From UHGV virus genome UHGV-0125203: a stretch of DNA of 23,234 nucleotides; one strand, given 5' to 3'. Positions within the stretch are counted from its first letter, which is position 1. Every line of letters starts with the position of its first letter. The position numbers were made by a program, and so were the translations under genes. Under the pieces are notes generated by a model, which saw nothing but the letters and a program-made list of their open reading frames with translations, did not search any database and was not told the origin of the DNA. This DNA is from a virus. Below are positions 9,955 to 19,101 of the stretch, piece by piece.

Positions 9955-10907
9955 TGGCTGATTCGAATCTCAACACCCCTGTTATTGTGCAGGCTACACG
10001 ACTCGACACATCAGTACTTCCACGCAATATCTTCTCGCAGTCGTATCTGCTTTACGTTATTGCACAGGGTACTGATGTTGGTAACGTGGCGAACAAGGCC
10101 AACGAAGCAGGGAAGGGAGCTTATGATGCACAGGTGAAGAATGATGAGCAGGATGTCACCCTTGCAGACCATGAATCCAGAATTGCTGCTGCTGAAGCAA
10201 CTCTCGTCAATCATGAACATAGAATCGCAGCAGCGGAAAGCACTCTTGCAGATCATGAAACAAGGATTACGGCTGCCGAAACAGAGCTGGCTGATCACGA
10301 GACGCGAATTGCTGCCAATGAATCTGAGTTAGCAGACCATGATGCGCGCATAACTCAGAATACAACCGATATCGACGCACTTGATACCAGGCTCGCAGCG
10401 GCAGAGGGAAGTATTTCGACGCTACAAAGCACAGTTGGTGATCACTCAACAAGAATATCTGCGCTTGAGTATGCCACCACGCGCAAGAAATCAGAGGTTG
10501 TTTACTCAGGAGTATCTGTAACCATCCCGACAGCGCCGACCAACCTTGTTAGCCTGCTGAAAACGCTCACGCCGTCATCCGGAACGTTGGCACCATTCTT
10601 CGACACCGTTAACAACAAGATTGTTGTGTTCAACGAGAACAAAACCTTGTTCTTCAAGCTGTCGATTGTCGGGACGTGGCCCAGCGGAACCGCCAACAGG
10701 TCAATGCAGCTAACCTTTTCCGGTTCTGTTCCTGACACACTTGTGAGCAGTCGTAACTCGGCGACAACAACCGATAACATCCTGTTAGCTACGTTCTTCA
10801 GCGTGGATAAAGACGGCTTTCTTGCCACAAATGGCAGTACGTTAACCATTCAGTCAAATGGTGCGGCGTTTACTGCCACAACCATCAAAATCATTGCGGA
10901 GCAGTGA
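9954..10907 (+). CDS. Tail needle protein (P22 gp26-like) with C-terminal knob domain
   Basis: 317 aa; central trimeric coiled-coil-like region with five 14-aa repeats ([16 protein letters not shown]) and a beta-rich C-terminal extension, as in Sf6/HK620-type needles. Start ATG overlaps the gp10-like stop (TAATG). Confidence 0.85.
10158..10367 (+). repeat. Five tandem 42-bp (14-codon) repeats inside the tail-needle gene
   Basis: Protein repeats [14 protein letters not shown] / [14 protein letters not shown] / [14 protein letters not shown] / [14 protein letters not shown] / [14 protein letters not shown] read directly from the translation (residues 69-138). Confidence 0.8.
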
Positions 10908-11374
10908 TGAAAATAAAGCTCATCGATAATCCGGTGAAGCTTGCAGAATTCCTCAACAACCCGGCAAACACGGGAAATATCGTAGACAGTGGAGATAAAT
11001 ACTACATCAAGCCTGATGCGGTATATCTCGGCATCTACGAAGGATTAATGCTGGCTGGCGTTCATGAAGTGCGTAACTTCTGGCATAGCGTTGTTGAATG
11101 CCATGCGGTGTATGACCCCGGATTCCGTGGAGAGTATGCACTGCAAGGGCATCGATTATTCTGCAAATGGCTTCTCGAAAACTCACCATTCCTTAACAGC
11201 ATCACCATGGTTCCTGACACCACCAAATACGGACGGTCAATTATCCGTTTGCTTGGCGCTACCCGTGTTGGTCACCTTGATGATGCGTACATGAGTAACG
11301 GAAAACCGGTAGGAATCACCCTCTATCAATTACCTCGTTCGAAATATGAGGAGCTAATAAATGTTAGTACTTAG
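10907..11374 (+). CDS. Internal virion / ejection-associated protein (P22 gp14-like by position)
   Basis: About 155 aa ORF immediately after the needle gene (stop and start overlap, TGATG), preceding the gp7/gp20/gp16-like genes. Assignment is by synteny. The track start at 10904 is a GTG; ATG at 10907 is preferred. Confidence 0.6.
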   Translation: MKIKLIDNPVKLAEFLNNPANTGNIVDSGDKYYIKPDAVYLGIYEGLMLAGVHEVRNFWHSVVECHAVYDPGFRGEYALQGHRLFCKWLLENSPFLNSITMVPDTTKYGRSIIRLLGATRVGHLDDAYMSNGKPVGITLYQLPRSKYEELINVST

Positions 11375-12020
11375 CGAAAGCTTCAAGAATAAATTGCTTC
11401 CCATGAATGGGTATATGAAAGGCGGCAGCGACTCCGGCTCTAAAGCCCAGGCACGCGCAACTGAAAAGGGCATCGAATTGCAGCGTGAAATGTGGCAAAC
11501 GAACATGCAGAACCTTGCACCGTTCACACCACTCGCTCAGCAGTACGTATCACAGTTGCAAAATCTTTCCTCTCTTCAGGGGCAAGGTCAGGCGCTTAAC
11601 CAGTATTACAACTCCCAGCAGCACAAAGACCTTGCAGGGCAGGCGCGTTACCAGAGTCTGGCAGCAGCAGAGGCAACGGGTGGATTAGGCTCTACAGCAA
11701 CAGGAAACCAGTTAGCAGCAATCGCACCTACACTAGGTCAAAACTGGCTGTCAGGTCAGATGAATAACTACAACAATCTGGCAAATATCGGCCTTGGTGC
11801 TCTTACAGGTCAGGCAAACGCCGGGCAGAACTACGCTAACAACGTCAGCCAATTGTATCAACAGCAGGCGGCGGCAGCGGCAGCAAATGCCAATAAACCG
11901 TCTGGTTTTCAGAGTGCTCTCGGTGGAGCTGCGGCAGGTGCTGCGATGGGTACTGCAATCATGCCTGGTTGGGGTACAGCAATTGGTGCTGGCGTCGGCC
12001 TTCTTGGTTCACTGTTTTAA
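11361..12020 (+). CDS. DNA ejection protein (P22 gp7-like)
   Basis: 219 aa, Q/N-rich with a Gly/Ala-rich hydrophobic C-terminal segment (GGAAAGAAMGTAIMPGWGTAIGAGVGLLGSLF); GAGGAG RBS; conserved position. Confidence 0.75.
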   Translation: MLVLSESFKNKLLPMNGYMKGGSDSGSKAQARATEKGIELQREMWQTNMQNLAPFTPLAQQYVSQLQNLSSLQGQGQALNQYYNSQQHKDLAGQARYQSLAAAEATGGLGSTATGNQLAAIAPTLGQNWLSGQMNNYNNLANIGLGALTGQANAGQNYANNVSQLYQQQAAAAAANANKPSGFQSALGGAAAGAAMGTAIMPGWGTAIGAGVGLLGSLF

Positions 12021-12032
12021 TGGAGGTGTCTC

Positions 12033-13427
12033 TTGGCTACATGGCAACAGGCTGGTAATTCAGGCGCGCTTCTTGCCGGGTTAGGCGGCATGAACTCCAA
12101 CGCTCCAAGAGCAAGTGATGCAGACGCCACGCTTGCATACATTCGACAGAATAACGAGATGGAGCGTTCAGGACGTAATAACGTTGGCTTGCAGGCTTTG
12201 CAGGGCATTTCATCTGTCATGGATATGTACAAGCAGATGGATCAGCAGAAGCGGCAGCAAGAGTTTCAGCAGGCTTATGCTGATGCATATACATCTGGTG
12301 ACCGCGATGCAATGCGAAAACTGGCATCACAGTATCCTGAGCAGTTTGACGCTGTAAGAAACGGCATGAAATTTGTCGATGAAGACCAGCGTTCCACTGT
12401 CGGTACACTGGCAGCAAGTGCCAGACTCGCAGCTTCATCTCCAGAAGCCATGATGTCATGGTTGCAGAACAACTCATCTGAGCTTACTCGTGCCGGAGTA
12501 GACCCTCTGGATGTGGCGAAAATGTATCAGCAAAATCCACAAGGTTTCACAGAGTTTGTTGATCACCTTGGAATGGCTGCTCTTGGTCCAGAACAATATT
12601 TTCAGGCGCAAGACAGAATCGTTGGGCGTGAGATTGATCGCGGAAAACTTGCAGAGACAATCCGCAGCAATCAGGCTGGCGAGGCGCTAACAGCACGAGG
12701 TCAGAACATCACGATGCGCGGTCAGGATTTATCTGCTTCTACTGCGCGACGCGGGCAGGATTTGGCAATGCAGCGAGCGTCAACAAGAGGAACCGCTGGG
12801 AATGATGAGCGTACAGTTCAGTTATCAGATGGCAGAACTGTAACGGTTGGCGGGAAACTTCACGGCGCTGGGGCAAATGCGTTCTACGAAGGCATCGACA
12901 ACGAGGGGAATATGGTTCGCGTTCCTGCCAGTTCAATCGCAGCGCCTGCAACATCGTCTGCATCAGCACAAAACTATGCCATGAAGAAGGATATCGACGC
13001 GATCGCAAATGCAGACGCTTCTGCTCTCGATTTCATGACAGGAATGACCGGCGGCGCAGGTAACCCGGCAATTGGTGCTGATGTTCGCAGCCGATTAACA
13101 GGAAAAGAGCAGCGCCAGTTATATAACTCAGCACAACGTATTCAGGGCAGAATGCAGAATCAGGGTGTGGCGGCAGCAAGGGACATGGGTGCCAGTGGTA
13201 TTAACACCGTTGCAGAAGCGAAGATGTATTTTCAGGGGATGCCGCAGGTTGACTATTCAAGCCCGGAGGCTATGCAGCAGTCGATTCGTGAGATTCAGGA
13301 ATACACCAACAATTACAACCAACAATATAACGTTAATGTTGGTAAATCTCAGCGGCAGCAATCTCAACCTGCACAGGTATCACAGCCAGCAGCCAGCAGT
13401 AACTTTTCTTCACTATGGGGTGATTAA
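12033..13427 (+). CDS. DNA ejection protein (P22 gp20-like)
   Basis: 464 aa, conserved position after the gp7-like gene. The frame begins at TTG 12033 with GGAGG at 12022-12026; no in-frame ATG near the 5' end. Confidence 0.75.
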   Translation: MATWQQAGNSGALLAGLGGMNSNAPRASDADATLAYIRQNNEMERSGRNNVGLQALQGISSVMDMYKQMDQQKRQQEFQQAYADAYTSGDRDAMRKLASQYPEQFDAVRNGMKFVDEDQRSTVGTLAASARLAASSPEAMMSWLQNNSSELTRAGVDPLDVAKMYQQNPQGFTEFVDHLGMAALGPEQYFQAQDRIVGREIDRGKLAETIRSNQAGEALTARGQNITMRGQDLSASTARRGQDLAMQRASTRGTAGNDERTVQLSDGRTVTVGGKLHGAGANAFYEGIDNEGNMVRVPASSIAAPATSSASAQNYAMKKDIDAIANADASALDFMTGMTGGAGNPAIGADVRSRLTGKEQRQLYNSAQRIQGRMQNQGVAAARDMGASGINTVAEAKMYFQGMPQVDYSSPEAMQQSIREIQEYTNNYNQQYNVNVGKSQRQQSQPAQVSQPAASSNFSSLWGD

Positions 13428-15424
13428 TGGCTAAAGCATGGAAAGATGTTATCGCCTCTCCACAGTATCAGGCGTTAGCACCAGAACAAAAAGCGCAGGC
13501 TCAGGAGCAATACTTCAATGAAGTCGTGGCCCCGCAAGCCGGAGAAAATGCAGAGCAGGCTAAGCAAGCTTTCTATGCTGCCTATCCATTGCCATCTGTG
13601 CAGCAAGTGGAGACACAGCAACCAGTAGCACAGCAACAACCACAGCAAAGTGGATTTATGTCTGATCTTGGCGAAGCAGTAAAAGAGACTGGTCGCGGAA
13701 TTGTGCAGGCTGGCGTGAACGTGGCAAACATACCTGCATCAATTGCCGATGCTGTAACAAGCGCGGCGGCTTGGGCTGGCGGTAAACTCGGCATTGGCGA
13801 TGGTACATATCAACCAGCGCCACGAGTAACAACGCAGGGATTAGAGCAGGACTTTGGCCTTCAGCAAGGCGCGCTGACTCCACAAACGACAGAGGGCAGG
13901 GTATTTGCTGAGGCATTGCCTTACCTCACTCCTGCTGGCATTGAGAGAGCGGCGGCACAGGCACCAACACTTGCTAGTCGAATTGCTCAGGGGGCAACTC
14001 GCCTTCTCGCTGAAAACGCAGTTGGATCACTTGCTGCAAATAGTGCGAAAGATGATGCGGAAGCACTCGCCACCGATTTAGGCGTTGGTGTACTGGCTGG
14101 CGGTGCTATTAACGCTGCCGGACGTGGATTAGGTGCTGCTTATCGTGGCGTTCGTGGTGCTATCGCGCCAGAAGCGCAGCAGGCTATCAGATTTGCAGAG
14201 CGTGAAGGAGTTCCTCTGCACACCACAGACCTGTTACAACCAACTTCCCGCGTCGGGAAAATGGCGCAGACTACAGCAGAAAATATTCCTCTGGCTGGCA
14301 CAAGCGGAATGAGAGCAACGCAACAGGAAGCGAGAAGTCAGTTGGTGCAGAGATTTGCTGATAAATTCGGCGAGTACGATCCGGCAGTTGTTATTGACAG
14401 CCTTAAAGCGAAAACATCAGGAATTCGGCGTGCTGCAGGAAATCGACTGGAGCAGGTTCAGAATGCTATGGCGGGAATAAACATTCAGCCTGCAAGAGCA
14501 ATTCAGCAGATTGATACAGAAATATCTAACCTGCAGAAGCTTGGTAAGGTTGCTGATAACGAGACTATTTCAAAACTTCAGTCCTATCGTGATGAGCTTG
14601 TTCGCAATGCTGGTCCTGATGGTCCGGTAAATCTGGATTTGAAGCAATTAAGCGATCTGCGCAGCCAGTTCAGAATGGACGTGAAGGGGGAGCGACCAGT
14701 GTTACCAAACCGTTCCGATGCTGCCATTCAGCGCGTTTACAAGGCAATGACAGACGATATCAATGGTGCCATTGGTCAGAATCTTGGCAACGATACTCTC
14801 CGTAAATATCAGCAGGCCAATGCCGTCTACGCTGACGAAGCGGCGAAACTAAAGAATACCAGGCTGAAGAATGTTCTCATGAAAGGCGACCTGACGCCGG
14901 AAGTTGTCAACAACATGCTATTCAGCAAGAACAAATCGGAAATTAAGACGCTGTATAACTCAGTTGGTCGTGTTGGCAGGGCGCAAATGCGCAATGGCAT
15001 CATTGGAAAGGCGATGGAGAAATCAGGTGGTTCCCCTGACCAGTTCCTTCGACAGCTTAACATCCTGCAAAACCAGACTGGCATCACATTTAAAGGTCAG
15101 GAAGCCGCTTATCTGAAAGGATTAAAAAACTACCTGCAATCCACGCAGCAGGCTGCAAAAGCGGCAGTAACAACACCCACAGGGCAGCAAACTATCCCGT
15201 TCATTATTGGGTATGGGACGGCAATGAACCCGGCGACAACTGGCGCAGCAGTAAGCTACGGACTTCTTACTCGCGCCTATGAGAGCGAGCCATTCAGAAA
15301 TGCAATGCTCCGAATGGCAAACACCCCACGCGGATCAACAGCGTTTGAGAAAGCCATGCAGCAGGCACAAAAGGCAATTAACGCTCTGACGCAGGGGGCT
15401 AAGTCTGATGCGTTGTCAGAATAG
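13427..15424 (+). CDS. DNA ejection protein (P22 gp16-like)
   Basis: 665 aa, Ala/Gly/Gln-rich; last large gene of the ejection-protein block; start overlaps the gp20-like stop (TAATG). Confidence 0.75.
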   Translation: MAKAWKDVIASPQYQALAPEQKAQAQEQYFNEVVAPQAGENAEQAKQAFYAAYPLPSVQQVETQQPVAQQQPQQSGFMSDLGEAVKETGRGIVQAGVNVANIPASIADAVTSAAAWAGGKLGIGDGTYQPAPRVTTQGLEQDFGLQQGALTPQTTEGRVFAEALPYLTPAGIERAAAQAPTLASRIAQGATRLLAENAVGSLAANSAKDDAEALATDLGVGVLAGGAINAAGRGLGAAYRGVRGAIAPEAQQAIRFAEREGVPLHTTDLLQPTSRVGKMAQTTAENIPLAGTSGMRATQQEARSQLVQRFADKFGEYDPAVVIDSLKAKTSGIRRAAGNRLEQVQNAMAGINIQPARAIQQIDTEISNLQKLGKVADNETISKLQSYRDELVRNAGPDGPVNLDLKQLSDLRSQFRMDVKGERPVLPNRSDAAIQRVYKAMTDDINGAIGQNLGNDTLRKYQQANAVYADEAAKLKNTRLKNVLMKGDLTPEVVNNMLFSKNKSEIKTLYNSVGRVGRAQMRNGIIGKAMEKSGGSPDQFLRQLNILQNQTGITFKGQEAAYLKGLKNYLQSTQQAAKAAVTTPTGQQTIPFIIGYGTAMNPATTGAAVSYGLLTRAYESEPFRNAMLRMANTPRGSTAFEKAMQQAQKAINALTQGAKSDALSE

Positions 15425-15514
15425 CTTTGCAAACACCAGGAAAGTGCAAAAACCAAATATGTAGAACGCGAGGTTTATCGTATCCCTCTGCATAGGCGAT
15501 ACCTTTGCTGATTG

Positions 15515-16000
15515 TTATCTGATGTTACTGCTACTGTTGCATGTGACTGTATTTACAAACCCTGAATTGCAGTTTGTGTAAGTGTCAACGCGTGTTGGAT
15601 AGGGTTGAGTTATAACAGGCTGTCTCGCTTTTTGCTCGATCGCTTGCATTGTGTTTACAGCCTGATAATTCAATAAAGCCTGCTGGAATGCTTGGCTTTG
15701 CGCTATTTGTTGGGCTTGTTCTTGGCTTTGTAATTGAACATAAAGATTCTGAAGCTCAAGTCTTGCCTGTGCGTCACTTATCTTGCCTTCATCGACACTT
15801 TGCCCGAGCATCTTTGCAGCAAGGACATACAGCTTAGGTGTTGGTGCTGATGCCATGCGTGAGTCGTTCTTCACACTGGCATCAAGGCAATTAGCCATAT
15901 CGCTAAGCTTTGGATAGCGTTGTTCGCAACTTGCCTGATAGTCGCTAACCTTTGCACACCCTGCCAGCAGAAGCGGGATAATTAACAGTGATTTTTTCAT
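15515..16000 (-). CDS. Predicted lipoprotein (moron; candidate superinfection-exclusion or host-modulating protein)
   Basis: Minus-strand ORF; preferred start is the ATG at 16000 with AAGGAG 10 nt upstream, giving MKKSLLIIPLLLAGC (signal peptide with LAGC lipobox). Q-rich predicted helical region and six Cys. The track's longer 171-aa form starts at 16030. Confidence 0.7.
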   Translation of the reverse strand: MKKSLLIIPLLLAGCAKVSDYQASCEQRYPKLSDMANCLDASVKNDSRMASAPTPKLYVLAAKMLGQSVDEGKISDAQARLELQNLYVQLQSQEQAQQIAQSQAFQQALLNYQAVNTMQAIEQKARQPVITQPYPTRVDTYTNCNSGFVNTVTCNSSSNIR

Positions 16001-16134
16001 ATGATTAACTCTCCTTATCTTTGCCATCATGGCACTGTTGGGTGTAAATGAGTTATTAACTCAATCGACAATATCTTCACGAAAATACTTTTTATTATTA
16101 AGATCTTTCTGATTCTAACAAAACGGAAAGTAAT

Positions 16135-16554
16135 ATGAAGAGGATTATCGGCGTCGTTGCTGGCGCTATATTGTTATCTGGGTGCGCAACTATTGTTGGT
16201 GACGAAACACAGCTTGTGCAAGTGAACAGCAATCCTTCCGGTGCGAGCTTTAAGGTAAAAGACGAATCAGGCGTGATTGTTGCGCAAGGTAAGACCCCGC
16301 AAGGAGTAACTCTTGCCAAGTCAGATGGTAGTTATTTTGGCAAAAAGAGCTATCAGATCACTATGGAAAAGGATGGGTACGAGCCAGTAACCTTGCCAAT
16401 CAAAGCCAATGCTAATGGTTGGTATATTGGTGGAAACCTTGTGTTTGGTGGGTTAATTGGTTGGCTTGCTGTAGATCCATTTAATGGTGGGATGTATACC
16501 TTGAAGCCAAAAGAGGCAAACGCATCTCTTATACCATCAACAAAGCAAGACTAA
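16135..16554 (+). CDS. Predicted lipoprotein with PEGA-like beta-sandwich motif and Gly-rich hydrophobic C-terminal segment
   Basis: 139 aa; MKRIIGVVAGAILLSGC (signal peptide with LSGC lipobox); NPSGASFKV...GKTPQGV resembles a PEGA-type motif; GGNLVFGGLIGWLAVDPFNGG is Gly-zipper-like; followed by a strong terminator. Confidence 0.7.
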   Translation: MKRIIGVVAGAILLSGCATIVGDETQLVQVNSNPSGASFKVKDESGVIVAQGKTPQGVTLAKSDGSYFGKKSYQITMEKDGYEPVTLPIKANANGWYIGGNLVFGGLIGWLAVDPFNGGMYTLKPKEANASLIPSTKQD

Positions 16555-16562
16555 TAAATAGG

Positions 16563-16585
16563 ACCCACCTTCAGGTGGGTTTTTT
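16563..16585. terminator. Bidirectional intrinsic terminator between the lipoprotein gene and mnt
   Basis: Stem ACCCACC (16563-16569), loop TTCA, stem GGTGGGT (16574-16580), then T5 on the plus strand and a T-rich run on the minus strand; the mnt stop codon lies within the hairpin. Confidence 0.75.
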
Positions 16586-16822
16586 GTACAAATCCTTCAG
16601 CGTATCAAACACCATCTTCTTAACAAGCTCTGATTGCTCATCAGCGATGCGTTCCGCATCGTCTCGATAGCCTGAAATTTTGGATGGCTTTGATACAGCA
16701 TCAGTCACTATCTGAACTAATTCTGAATTAAGAGAGCGGCCATTGGATTTGGCTCGCTGTTTTAGTTTTTCCTTTAATTCGTAAGGTAGCCGCAGATTAA
16801 ATTGCGGGTCATCTCTTCCCAT
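16571..16822 (-). CDS. mnt: Mnt repressor (ribbon-helix-helix, P22 immI maintenance repressor homologue)
   Basis: 83 aa; MGRDDPQFNLRLPYELKEKLKQRAKSNGRSLNSELVQIVTDAVSKP...DAERIADEQSELVKKMVFDTLKDLYKK matches recalled P22 Mnt almost residue for residue. Confidence 0.9.
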   Translation of the reverse strand: MGRDDPQFNLRLPYELKEKLKQRAKSNGRSLNSELVQIVTDAVSKPSKISGYRDDAERIADEQSELVKKMVFDTLKDLYKKPT

Positions 16823-16885
16823 TCTTGATGCCTCGCTTTTGTGAGTGGATCGGCATCTTATTATCTGCTGGTTGCATCCTCAATA

Positions 16886-16900
16886 AGACCACAGTGGTCT
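16886..16900. promoter_or_regulatory. Mnt-operator-like 15-bp perfect palindrome AGACCACAGTGGTCT
   Basis: Perfect inverted repeat about 64 bp upstream of the mnt start and about 69 bp upstream of the tailspike ATG; resembles the recalled P22 Omnt core (..CCACGGTGG..). Confidence 0.6.
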
Positions 16901-16968
16901 CTTTGTTTGATTAATAATGCATCACTGTGGCAATGCTGCGGCGATTCCTTGTATCTGGAGCAAATTAA

Positions 16969-18405
16969 ATGACAGACATTACAGCTAATGTTGTAGTGAG
17001 TATGCCTTCGCAACTCTTCACTATGGCGCGTTCTTTTAAAGCCGTAGCCAATGGCAAAATTTATATCGGTAAAATTGACACTGACCCTGTAAATCCTGAA
17101 AACCGGATTCAGGTTTATGTAGAGAACGAAGACGGCTCTCACGTTCCTGTTGCACAGCCAATCATCATTAACGCTGCTGGATATCCGGTATATAACGGAC
17201 AGATTGCCAAATTCGTAACTGTGCAAGGCCATTCTATGGCTGTATATGATGCGTACGGTTCTCAGCAGTTCTATTTTCCGAATGTGCTGAAGTATGACCC
17301 GGATCAGTTAAGAGTAGTTTTGACTGGACAGTCTGGTGATGGACTTAATAATTTTTATGCTGGCTCAGGATGGACTGGTTCAGATGCAGCTGGTGACAAT
17401 ATTTATAACAATGAAACTATCATATATAAAAATGCTACACGACAGAGATTCTCCATACCAGAAACACCAATTCCAGATCCCATTATTTGGCTGGAAAAAA
17501 TTAGTTCTGCAACTAGGGATGACGGCATCAAACGATGGGATCAGGGGGTAATTTATAACTCTTTGCGCAAGGTGTCAGGAAGTGCATATACATGCACAAC
17601 TACAAGTGTTGCTAAGCATGAGGGCGGGAATGGGCATTCAATTGGTCACCACATGCGTGGAGAATCAAGAAATCCGCAAGCCGAAACATGGGGGGGGTGG
17701 TCATATGGTGCAGTATTAGGAGATGCAGTGCAGAATGGAGCGATTAGCACTATTGCACATGAATTTAATCTGAATAATCGAGGTCCCGATAAAGGATGGA
17801 TGGAGAATACACTGCAAGGATCTGTAAGAGGGTTGGTATGTGTAACTCAGGATAAAAGCAATCCAGTAACACAGATGATTACCATCGGAAGAGGGAGTAA
17901 AGCTCCAAATGGTTATATCTGGACAGGAATGTTGTTTAGAGGTAATTCTATTTCCACTCCAACAGAGGAACTAACCGAGGTAGGTAATGGCGAATACATC
18001 AGACTTGAGGGATCTCTATCATCTAGAGCTGCAAACGGCATTAGATTTAGAACAAATTATTTTAGGAGTGGAATTTCATTTTCTGAAGCTGGATTTTCAA
18101 ACAACTGCGCAATTTTGATGGGCGACAATCAACGAATTACGGTAGGAACGGGCCCGGCAAATACAACACATTTGAGTTTCAACAGGTCTGAAAACTGGGC
18201 TAACTTCAACAACTTAAGAATACGACTTAATGGCAATCAAGTTATTTCAGAGAGGAGGACGGGATGGGGATCGCCAACCGGCACCGTATCCCGAGCAGCA
18301 TTTAACTCTGGAACAATAACTCACGAAGATTTAGCAAAGGTGGTTGCAGCATTAATTCAGGACTTACATGCTTCAACCGGGCATGGATTAATTGGTTTAA
18401 CTTAA
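16969..18405 (+). CDS. Tailspike protein: P22 gp9-type head-binding domain fused to a divergent receptor-binding domain
   Basis: Residues 1 to about 113 ([13 protein letters not shown]...NVLKYDPDQ) match the recalled P22 gp9 N-terminal domain; the remaining ~365 aa are unrelated to the P22 beta-helix and are encoded by visibly AT-rich DNA. Total 478 aa, shorter than P22/Sf6/HK620 tailspikes. GGAG RBS. Confidence 0.85.
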   Translation: MTDITANVVVSMPSQLFTMARSFKAVANGKIYIGKIDTDPVNPENRIQVYVENEDGSHVPVAQPIIINAAGYPVYNGQIAKFVTVQGHSMAVYDAYGSQQFYFPNVLKYDPDQLRVVLTGQSGDGLNNFYAGSGWTGSDAAGDNIYNNETIIYKNATRQRFSIPETPIPDPIIWLEKISSATRDDGIKRWDQGVIYNSLRKVSGSAYTCTTTSVAKHEGGNGHSIGHHMRGESRNPQAETWGGWSYGAVLGDAVQNGAISTIAHEFNLNNRGPDKGWMENTLQGSVRGLVCVTQDKSNPVTQMITIGRGSKAPNGYIWTGMLFRGNSISTPTEELTEVGNGEYIRLEGSLSSRAANGIRFRTNYFRSGISFSEAGFSNNCAILMGDNQRITVGTGPANTTHLSFNRSENWANFNNLRIRLNGNQVISERRTGWGSPTGTVSRAAFNSGTITHEDLAKVVAALIQDLHASTGHGLIGLT

Positions 18406-18417
18406 CAGGACAATAAA

Positions 18418-18603
18418 ATGGATAAGCAAACTATTCAAAATATCATGCAGTTTATGCTTCGCGTAAATCTTAGCGGTCATGAAGTTCCTGCTTTTAATTC
18501 TTCAATGAATGCATTACAGGCTGAATTAGATCGCGAAAATGACCAGCCACTCCAGCGAGTACTAAATGCTGCTCACAATGAACCTGTTACGGAGAATGAT
18601 TAA
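18418..18603 (+). CDS. Hypothetical small protein linked to the tailspike
   Basis: 61-aa ORF starting 12 nt after the tailspike stop with AGGA RBS; same AT-rich composition as the tailspike C-terminal domain. No family recognised. Confidence 0.45.
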   Translation: MDKQTIQNIMQFMLRVNLSGHEVPAFNSSMNALQAELDRENDQPLQRVLNAAHNEPVTEND

Positions 18604-19101
18604 AATGAAAACAGAAAGCGGTGCTTTCAAATTTGACGGTGGAGAGGTTAAATGAATTAACAGCATTGCCATTATTGAAGTGCGCGGTAACGGGTGGGGC
18701 GCTGGTTTTTATTTTAAGCCAAATACTGCCGTTAAAGTCGATGGTAATAAGCCTGATCTGAACGAGTTTCGTGATTCCTGCGCATTGTCGGTAATGACTC
18801 CAACTTACTGATAGTGTTTTATGTTCAGATAATGCCCGATGACTTTGTCATGCAACTCCACCGATTTTGAGAACGACAGCGACTTCCGTCCCAGCCGTGC
18901 ACCAGGCTGGTTCAGAATCAGGTTCTGCTGATTTTGTCCGGCGGCAGAACGCAATTTGCCAGAGTGATGGGAAGGGCATTAATCACGGATGATGGTGAAG
19001 CGATCGAAGTGGAGGCGGCGGAAGAGGTGGAGGTGATGGGGCGTGTTACGTACTTCATCAACAGCGCGCTGCAGGATGGCGTGGTGGTGTGATGGGTGGC
19101 A

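Noticed and set aside
10141-10332. 63-aa off-frame ORF within the tail-needle repeat region
   Set aside because: Generated by the periodic repeat sequence in an alternative frame; the needle frame is well supported.
13582-13916. Minus-strand 70-aa and 86-aa ORFs inside the gp16-like gene
   Set aside because: Antisense to the gp16-like coding frame; Cys/Ala-rich low-complexity translations.
15425-15514. Possible weak hairpin (TTTGCA ... TGCAAA) after the gp16-like gene
   Set aside because: 6-bp AT-rich stem with a 13-nt loop and no clear U-tract; not convincing as a terminator.
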